64,000 bases of DNA from a virus. The position numbers and the translations under genes were made by a program. The DNA lies in IMG/VR virus record IMGVR_UViG_3300028115_000004, positions 1-64,000 of that record; one strand, given 5' to 3'. Of this stretch, positions 57,854 through 64,000 are shown in pieces; the stretch's first letter is position 1; the number at the start of each line of letters is the position of its first letter. Below the pieces are notes generated by a model. The model was given only the letters and a program-made list of their open reading frames with translations. It had not been told where the DNA came from and ran no database searches.

Positions 57854-59241
57854 TGGATATTAATCTAGAACAAACGATTCTAAAGAACCTAGTAACAAAC
57901 GATCCATTTGCACGTAAAGTTGCAGCATTTATCCTACCGGACTACTTCGAAGGAGTGTACAAGTCACTCTTTCGGGAGTTCACCAAATTTATTGCCAAGT
58001 ACAACAAACTTCCTACCTTGGAAGCTTTCAAGATTGAGATTGATGAGGGAGATCGTCTATCGGATGAACAGTATCGTCATGCGGTGGAAATCTTACCTAA
58101 CTTGTTTGTAAAGGAAGAATCTAATCTTGACTGGTTGGTTGATCGTACTGAGAAGTGGTGTCAAGACCGAGCCGTTTTCAATGCGGTCATGGAGTCTATC
58201 CAGATCATTGAAGGTAAACACAAGTCTCTTGCGAAGGGTTCTATTCCAGAAGTCTTGAGTAAGGCACTGTCGGTGACCTTTGACACTAATATCGGTCACG
58301 ATTATCTGGAGAATGTAGATGCCCGATTCAACTTCTACCACGAAAAAGAAGAACGTATTCCGTTCGATCTGGAATACTTCAATGATATCACTAAGGGTGG
58401 ATTACCTAACAAAACCCTCAACATCGCTCTTGCTGGTACGGGTGTGGGTAAATCTCTTTTCATGTGCCATTGTGCTGGAGCTTCCCTGTCACAGGGGAAA
58501 AATGTCCTTTACGTCACTATGGAAATGGCTGAAGAGCGTATCGCAGAACGGATCGATGCAAATCTTCTCAACGTCCCGATAGATCAACTTGAGAACCTAT
58601 CGAAGGATATGTTCCGTGATCGTGTGGGTGAAATCTCACGTAAGACTCAGGGCAAGTTGATCATCAAAGAATACCCGACAGGACAGGCGAATGCCTCGCA
58701 CTTCCGTGCCCTGTTGAACGAACTGAAACTGAAGAAGAACTTTGTTCCTGACCTAATCTTTATTGATTACCTGAACATCTGTGCCTCTTCTCGTATGAAA
58801 GGAATGGGCGGTGCTATTAACTCGTATACGTATATCAAGTCTATTGCTGAGGAGTTACGTGGGTTGGCGGTGGAATTCGACGTGCCGATTATGTCTGCAA
58901 CACAGACGACACGTTCTGGTTACTCTAATGACGATGTGGGGCTTGAAGACACGTCCGAATCTTTTGGACTACCCGCAACCGCTGACTTTATGTTCGCACT
59001 CATCTCCAATAATGAACTTAATGCTCAGGGAAAAATACTTGTCAAACAGTTAAAAAACAGGTATAATGATCCCACACATAACCAAAGATTTGTGGTTGGT
59101 GTGGATCGTTCCAAGATGCGTCTGTTCGATTGTGATCAGTCATCTATGAATGATGATGAAGATAATGGGCCTGCATTCGATAATTCAGAAGCGGGTCAAC
59201 GTGTAAACATGGAACAGAAATTTAGGAACTTTAAGATATGA
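57853..59241 (+). CDS. gp41: Replicative helicase
   Basis: AGTGVGKS, VTMEMAEE, IDYLNIC, SATQTTR, SESFGLPATAD, KQLKNRY; GTG start. Confidence 0.96.
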   Translation: MDINLEQTILKNLVTNDPFARKVAAFILPDYFEGVYKSLFREFTKFIAKYNKLPTLEAFKIEIDEGDRLSDEQYRHAVEILPNLFVKEESNLDWLVDRTEKWCQDRAVFNAVMESIQIIEGKHKSLAKGSIPEVLSKALSVTFDTNIGHDYLENVDARFNFYHEKEERIPFDLEYFNDITKGGLPNKTLNIALAGTGVGKSLFMCHCAGASLSQGKNVLYVTMEMAEERIAERIDANLLNVPIDQLENLSKDMFRDRVGEISRKTQGKLIIKEYPTGQANASHFRALLNELKLKKNFVPDLIFIDYLNICASSRMKGMGGAINSYTYIKSIAEELRGLAVEFDVPIMSATQTTRSGYSNDDVGLEDTSESFGLPATADFMFALISNNELNAQGKILVKQLKNRYNDPTHNQRFVVGVDRSKMRLFDCDQSSMNDDEDNGPAFDNSEAGQRVNMEQKFRNFKI

Positions 59242-59441
59242 CAGGGACAGAACATACATTATGGACATTGTGTTTAGTGATACCTATATACTACCTTGGT
59301 AATTATCTTGGTTACCAGAGAGGAAAAGAAGAGGGTGTTGCTGACGCAATAGAATTTTTTATTAAGAAGAAGTGGTTTAAGGATCACATCGAAAAGGAGA
59401 TAGCCGAAAATGAGTTCAGTGAAACTGATAGCTCTGAGTAG
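59238..59441 (+). CDS. Small membrane protein
   Basis: N-terminal TM helix, then G..RGKEEG. Confidence 0.55.
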   Translation: MTGTEHTLWTLCLVIPIYYLGNYLGYQRGKEEGVADAIEFFIKKKWFKDHIEKEIAENEFSETDSSE

Positions 59442-60102
59442 TCCTAGTGCAGAGACAGGATGTCACACAGCAGAAGACTTAGTTGCGTATGCAGCTCGGG
59501 TAAGTAACCCTGCAAACCAGAACAATACGGAGACTGCGCCACGTCTCCTGAAGTACTTGATTCGGGAACAACATTGGTCACCGCTTGAGATGGTGCATAT
59601 CACTATGGAGATTCAAACGACTCGTGATATTAGTCGTCAGATCATTCGTCACCGATCATTCTCGTTTCAAGAGTTCTCACAACGATATGCGGTAAGTGAC
59701 AGTTTCACGAATCGTCAGGCTCGTCTTCAAGACCCCAAGAACCGTCAGAACTCAATCCCCATTGAAGTTCCGGAAGCCACGGGTGGCGAGGGTTCGGTAC
59801 GTTCCAGTACGGAACGTCTGTACGAAGACTGGAACATGAAACAACGTGAAGTGATTAACAAGGCGAACGATGTCTATAAGTGGGCGCTAAATAATGGTAT
59901 CGCAAAGGAACAGGCACGTGCAGTACTGCCCGAAGGTAATACTCAGACAACTTTGTATATGAGTGGTTCACTGCGGTCTTGGATTCATTACTGTGAACTT
60001 CGTCGAGGTCATGGTACACAACTAGAACATATGCGGGTAGCGGATCAATGTTGGGAAATCATTGGTGGCCACTTCCCGTCCGTAGTGGAGGCTTTATCAT
60101 GA
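59410..60102 (+). CDS. thyX: Flavin-dependent thymidylate synthase
   Basis: HWSPLE, RHRSFSFQEFSQRY, EQARAVLP. Confidence 0.95.
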   Translation: MSSVKLIALSSPSAETGCHTAEDLVAYAARVSNPANQNNTETAPRLLKYLIREQHWSPLEMVHITMEIQTTRDISRQIIRHRSFSFQEFSQRYAVSDSFTNRQARLQDPKNRQNSIPIEVPEATGGEGSVRSSTERLYEDWNMKQREVINKANDVYKWALNNGIAKEQARAVLPEGNTQTTLYMSGSLRSWIHYCELRRGHGTQLEHMRVADQCWEIIGGHFPSVVEALS

Positions 60103-60275
60103 TGTATAGGTGCAATGTAGTTGAGGATAGTGATGGTCATCAATGTCTGGAATTTACAGACGAATTGATGGACGCACTTGATTTGAAAGTGGGTGATGAA
60201 ATTATCTGGGAAGAGAATCACATCACAGGTGAATGGTCGTTTAGAAAAAAGGTAGTTGCAGATAGTCTGAGATAG
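60099..60275 (+). CDS. AbrB/MazE-like small DNA-binding protein
   Basis: LEFTDELMDALDLKVGDEIIWE; SD ggagg. Confidence 0.55.
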   Translation: MMYRCNVVEDSDGHQCLEFTDELMDALDLKVGDEIIWEENHITGEWSFRKKVVADSLR

Positions 60276-60296
60276 CGAGACTGCGGGAGGAAATGA

Positions 60297-60965
60297 ATGG
60301 AAGTAACGATTCGAAATAAAGACTTCCTTGCGACACTTGATGCTTTCAAGGATCAGATGTTTGCGGTAGAAGGTTACAACGATCCTAAGTATCATGTATA
60401 CAGTGAACCCGATGATAAACATCGTGGTAGGTACTACACCAGTGAACACTACCTTCGCAATATCTCTCTGAACGCAAAGGAACCTGTTGGCCCTCCGGAT
60501 CGACACTTCGCACAACCCATTGCAAAGATGGTACGTGAAGACCCTGAGAAGTGGAGTGCATACATGCAGTTGGTGAAGTATGACTTTGCCTCTGAGATTG
60601 GTGCACACACGTCTGCATTGTTGTCCTACTATCCGCCTGGCGGGTTTGTGGGATGGCATACCAACTGGGATGCGTCTGCGTATCAGGTGTTATTCACTTG
60701 GTCTACGGGTGATGGTTACTTCTCTTATTATGATAAAGAGAAAGACGAAGTGATCACAATTCAGGACGTGCCAGGATGGCAGTGTAGACACTACTACTTT
60801 GGGCCGAAGGAAGAACCTGAGAACCTGTGTTGGCACGGTGCGTATGCGGGAGGGGAACGTATTACCCTTGCATATAAATTCTGTGGTTATGGTAGGAACG
60901 ATCCTCGTGATGAGAAAGCGAGGCAGTTACGTGATTTATTAATTGAGGAGATTGAAAATGATTGA
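60297..60965 (+). CDS. 2OG-Fe(II) oxygenase-like protein, HxN variant (paralog 3 of 3)
   Basis: YYPPGGFVGWHTNWD..YQVLFTWS.GDGYF...QDVPGW...WHGAY..GERITLAY. Confidence 0.7.
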   Translation: MEVTIRNKDFLATLDAFKDQMFAVEGYNDPKYHVYSEPDDKHRGRYYTSEHYLRNISLNAKEPVGPPDRHFAQPIAKMVREDPEKWSAYMQLVKYDFASEIGAHTSALLSYYPPGGFVGWHTNWDASAYQVLFTWSTGDGYFSYYDKEKDEVITIQDVPGWQCRHYYFGPKEEPENLCWHGAYAGGERITLAYKFCGYGRNDPRDEKARQLRDLLIEEIEND

Positions 60966-61197
60966 TGACGAAAAGAAGAAACTTCAGAGTGCAATTAAAG
61001 AGATGTCTATGTCCATGACTCGTGTGGACGCAGAGAAAGACCTTCAGAAGGATATCATCCAGAGTGCGTTTGATGATACTGGGGTAGACAAGAAGTACAT
61101 TCGCAAGTTGGCGATGATCTACCATAAACAGAGTCTCACCGACTTTCAGACTGAGACCGAAGAAGTACAGAACCTATACGAGGACTTGTTTCTGTAA
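60958..61197 (+). CDS. dsbA: T4 DsbA-like dsDNA-binding protein
   Basis: IKEMS....KDI......GVDKK.IRKLA.IYHKQ....F..ETEEV..LYE.LF matches the T4 DsbA pattern. Confidence 0.8.
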   Translation: MIDDEKKKLQSAIKEMSMSMTRVDAEKDLQKDIIQSAFDDTGVDKKYIRKLAMIYHKQSLTDFQTETEEVQNLYEDLFL

Positions 61198-62648
61198 TGA
61201 TTATTGATAGATACATGATCCAAAATAGGGAAGACTTGTTCCTTAAGAACTTGATGAACCCTATGTTTGGTGATCCCAAACCCTACAACAAACAAGACTT
61301 CTGGAAGCTCATTGATCACTGGAAGGCCTATCTTTCGAATGAGTATGGTCTTCGTAAGGGAAACGTGGTGGGATGGGGTGTCGCAAAGAACAACGTCAAC
61401 TGTCATGCAATCCTGTTTGCAATTGCAGAACTTGGTGCACAGATTTTTCCTGCACACCTTGCATGGCATCCAGAGGCGGAAACCGACACTGTATCTACAA
61501 CCCTACGTCCTGAGTTTGGATTCTGGGATAACGTCACCCTGAATATGTTAGAGGGTGCACAGGGCAAGTTCTACGGAAAGTACCTTGATTATGAGATGAT
61601 CAACATCGATGAGGTTGACATTGTAAACTATAATGAAGAGATGGCCAATGTGACTCCCGATGTGTTTCCAGAAGACCCATTCTTCATTACCTACTCAGAT
61701 GGTTTATGCGAAGATGGATTTGAATTCCAGTATTACACACACCAAGAGACATGGGGTTTAGCGCACCGCCACTATAAACTGTTCAATATGAAGGACACGA
61801 TTGGTGTACATACGTTTAACTTCATGCACTGCATGTCCTTCATTACATACTCTCTTGCTGCTTACATGGGTTGTAAGGAACACTATGTCCTGAACTGGTG
61901 GGACAGGGTTGACCAGTGGAAGCCTGCCATGTTGAAGATGCTTCAAGAGGTATACAACAGACCAGAACGTAAAGTTATCTTCTTCAAGAATGAAGAGACT
62001 CTACGTCACAGTTTGTCAGTGATCGACGATACGGGTAAAGAGACGACTCGTTTCATTTGTCCTTACGGAGAATCTACGCAGTCTTTACATGATATTTGTC
62101 ATGACTTTAATATTCGTGCTACCGTCCTATACGGAGAAACCCGTGCGAAGGCACTGACTCTTTTTGTTAAACCAATTAATCCTGACTCAAAGTTCATTGA
62201 GGATTCGATTGGATTTGTGCCAGACAACTACTACGAGTGCGTGTATAGTCCGCAGAAGGGCGTTATGTTTGTGCGTGGGTATCATGACTCAGTATACCGA
62301 TCTTTCTCGTTTAGTGTAGAGAAGATGGAGACGGGTGAGTACATACATAAAGGCCTGCTCGAGAAACACCCCCATCAAAAACGTGTGGAGGAAATTCTAG
62401 GACACAGTGACTTCTTCTTACTGCGTAAGTATGGTGAGAGTTACCTTGCGGTCTATGAAGAACCTAAACCCGAACAGTATGAACTACTTGATATTTTGGG
62501 CTTGACACACATTGCAGTAATTGATAGAATGGCATACTGTTTGGAGAACAAACGTTATAGGGACTGGTTCGCATTGAAGAACCAGTTTTGGTATGGATTT
62601 GATTCTTATGAAGAAGGTAGAGTGAGGTATTATAATGGCGAAGGATAA
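61197..62648 (+). CDS. Degenerate adenylate-forming (ANL/AMP-binding) fold protein
   Basis: YGLRKGNVV, FAIAELGA, PEDPFFITYSDG (degenerate YTSGTTG), FMHCMSF, YGET. Confidence 0.5.
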   Translation: MIIDRYMIQNREDLFLKNLMNPMFGDPKPYNKQDFWKLIDHWKAYLSNEYGLRKGNVVGWGVAKNNVNCHAILFAIAELGAQIFPAHLAWHPEAETDTVSTTLRPEFGFWDNVTLNMLEGAQGKFYGKYLDYEMINIDEVDIVNYNEEMANVTPDVFPEDPFFITYSDGLCEDGFEFQYYTHQETWGLAHRHYKLFNMKDTIGVHTFNFMHCMSFITYSLAAYMGCKEHYVLNWWDRVDQWKPAMLKMLQEVYNRPERKVIFFKNEETLRHSLSVIDDTGKETTRFICPYGESTQSLHDICHDFNIRATVLYGETRAKALTLFVKPINPDSKFIEDSIGFVPDNYYECVYSPQKGVMFVRGYHDSVYRSFSFSVEKMETGEYIHKGLLEKHPHQKRVEEILGHSDFFLLRKYGESYLAVYEEPKPEQYELLDILGLTHIAVIDRMAYCLENKRYRDWFALKNQFWYGFDSYEEGRVRYYNGEG

Positions 62649-63180
62649 GAAAAAGACTGGCAGTATTGATGACATTACGCCAGAACAATGGAATGAAATG
62701 AATCGTCTTCATCTTGAAGAGGTGCGAGACTCAAAAGAAAACGACAAAGTTGTGAATATTGAGTATGACACGTGTAACGATATTGGGTTTCCGGAAGACA
62801 CCTTTACTTTAAGTGTGGGTGACATTACGGCTGATTCCATTCCGTTCACACTACACACCGACGATACTGTGAGTTATACAATCAAAGAACCCATCAACTA
62901 CAAGTTCAATGAAGGTGTGTTGATGGCAGAGTTCAAAGATTACATCGATTCGACTTACAGTGGTCACTATGGACAGGGTGGTTTACAGTCCTCTGAGATC
63001 ATCGTAGATCGTGGTCATGGTATGGGTTTCTTCTCTGGCAATGTTGATAAATACAACGGACGTTACGGTAAAAAAGGAGAAACGCCTGCAGACTATAGGA
63101 AGGACATTTTGAAGATCATTCATTATGGTTTCCTGATGCTGTACGAGCACGATAGAATTCATGGGAATACTACTGACTAA
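62635..63180 (+). CDS. DUF3310-like conserved phage protein
   Basis: YIDSTYSGHY, GNVDKY.GRYGKK, KDILKIIHY. Confidence 0.6.
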   Translation: MAKDKKKTGSIDDITPEQWNEMNRLHLEEVRDSKENDKVVNIEYDTCNDIGFPEDTFTLSVGDITADSIPFTLHTDDTVSYTIKEPINYKFNEGVLMAEFKDYIDSTYSGHYGQGGLQSSEIIVDRGHGMGFFSGNVDKYNGRYGKKGETPADYRKDILKIIHYGFLMLYEHDRIHGNTTD

Positions 63181-63991
63181 TGGTGACAGTTTTACGTATG
63201 GGGATGAACTGCCGGGTTCTCGGACTTATGGAGAGGACGGTGAAACGGCTCTCTTCGACTTAAATACACATCACCCCAAAACTTACACGTATAAACTAGC
63301 CAATCATCTTGGTGTTAACCACGTAAATTTGGCACATAACGGTTCTTCTAATCAAAAAATTTTTAGAAGAACCACCGCTTTCCTGCAGAGAACTACCAAG
63401 AAAGTAGACTACATGGTAATCATGTGGTCTTCTTGGGGTAGGTTGGAAGTTTTCTCGCCCATTACCTATAAGAAAGATAATGAAATGTTCATTCAGGAAG
63501 AGTGTAATATGAATCAACTTATTCCGGATCACCATGATCGTGAACTCGGGTTTAATCTAAAAAACTGGCCTGAAGGTGGTGAGGTTGGTCAAGCGGTAGT
63601 AGATTGGTACACCAAAGTTTATACCATGTCGACTCCGATTCTACATCATCTCAACTACATGTGTACTCTTCAACAGATCGCAGATTTAAAGGGTATCAAA
63701 ATCATACAAACCGGAATTCATCATGGAAACTGGCAGAATGTGTTGAGTTGTATGAATAGAGCTAAGAATGATGATCGTTTCAAACCTTGGTTGGCAGAGA
63801 TAGAATCTTGTTTTAGATACCTAAGACCGGAATGTAAGATAGGTTTTGGTGATAGACTAGATATGACATCTATTGCAGAGAGTCCAGATCACGAGGAATT
63901 TTTCATCTATCCCATGGGACATCCCTGCGAAGGAACACACACTTGGTATGCAGAGATGCTTTACAACGTATTTAAAGAGATGGAAGAATAA
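63161..63991 (+). CDS. SGNH/GDSL-like hydrolase or acyltransferase
   Basis: NGDSFTYG (block I), NLAHNGSSN..I.R, C-terminal GHP...H..YA. Confidence 0.65.
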   Translation: MGILLTNGDSFTYGDELPGSRTYGEDGETALFDLNTHHPKTYTYKLANHLGVNHVNLAHNGSSNQKIFRRTTAFLQRTTKKVDYMVIMWSSWGRLEVFSPITYKKDNEMFIQEECNMNQLIPDHHDRELGFNLKNWPEGGEVGQAVVDWYTKVYTMSTPILHHLNYMCTLQQIADLKGIKIIQTGIHHGNWQNVLSCMNRAKNDDRFKPWLAEIESCFRYLRPECKIGFGDRLDMTSIAESPDHEEFFIYPMGHPCEGTHTWYAEMLYNVFKEMEE

Positions 63992-64000
63992 TGTTATTGA

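Noticed and set aside
20662-59241. Introns, inteins or homing endonucleases in gp17, gp43, gp41, uvsX
   Set aside because: All are continuous ORFs of normal length with no intein or LAGLIDADG/GIY-YIG motifs.
1-64000. Alternative genetic code or stop-codon reassignment
   Set aside because: Core genes are full length under the standard code; TAA, TGA and TAG all end genes; no suppressor tRNA is present.

Overview
64 kb of a T4-like myophage genome, most likely marine and infecting a heterotrophic bacterium (no photosynthesis genes in the window; the host is not identifiable from sequence). Order: fibre and accessory virion genes (1-17.1 kb); the neck, terminase, tail and head block gp13-gp23 (17.1-29.9 kb); two minus-strand defence-like genes (DUF262-HNH and DruA-like); then gp3, uvsY, uvsW, gp55, gp47/46/45, three tRNAs, gp44/62, regA, hsp20, gp43, uvsX, gp41, thyX and dsbA, interspersed with many glycan and oxygenase genes. 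Sigma70-type early promoters and TATAAATA late promoters are visible. Main observation: two paralogous fibre proteins (451-2940, 2978-6451) are built from tetrapeptide units whose N-terminal arm mirrors and complements the C-terminal arm. YxRx lies opposite YxRx and [FY]xG[NDE] lies opposite RxSx/STRx. The arms are exactly equal in length (208+208 and 430+430 aa), suggesting a giant antiparallel beta-hairpin with a base-pairing-like code, and one paralog has a branched tip. Second observation: presumed exterior virion proteins are enriched in D-S-[D/A/G/S] motifs while the phage carries glycosyltransferases, UDP-sugar enzymes, a sulfotransferase and three unusual HxN 2OG-Fe(II)-type oxygenases, which suggests a phage-encoded virion modification system. 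All gene calls come from motif recognition and synteny, not database searches; counts were made by hand.
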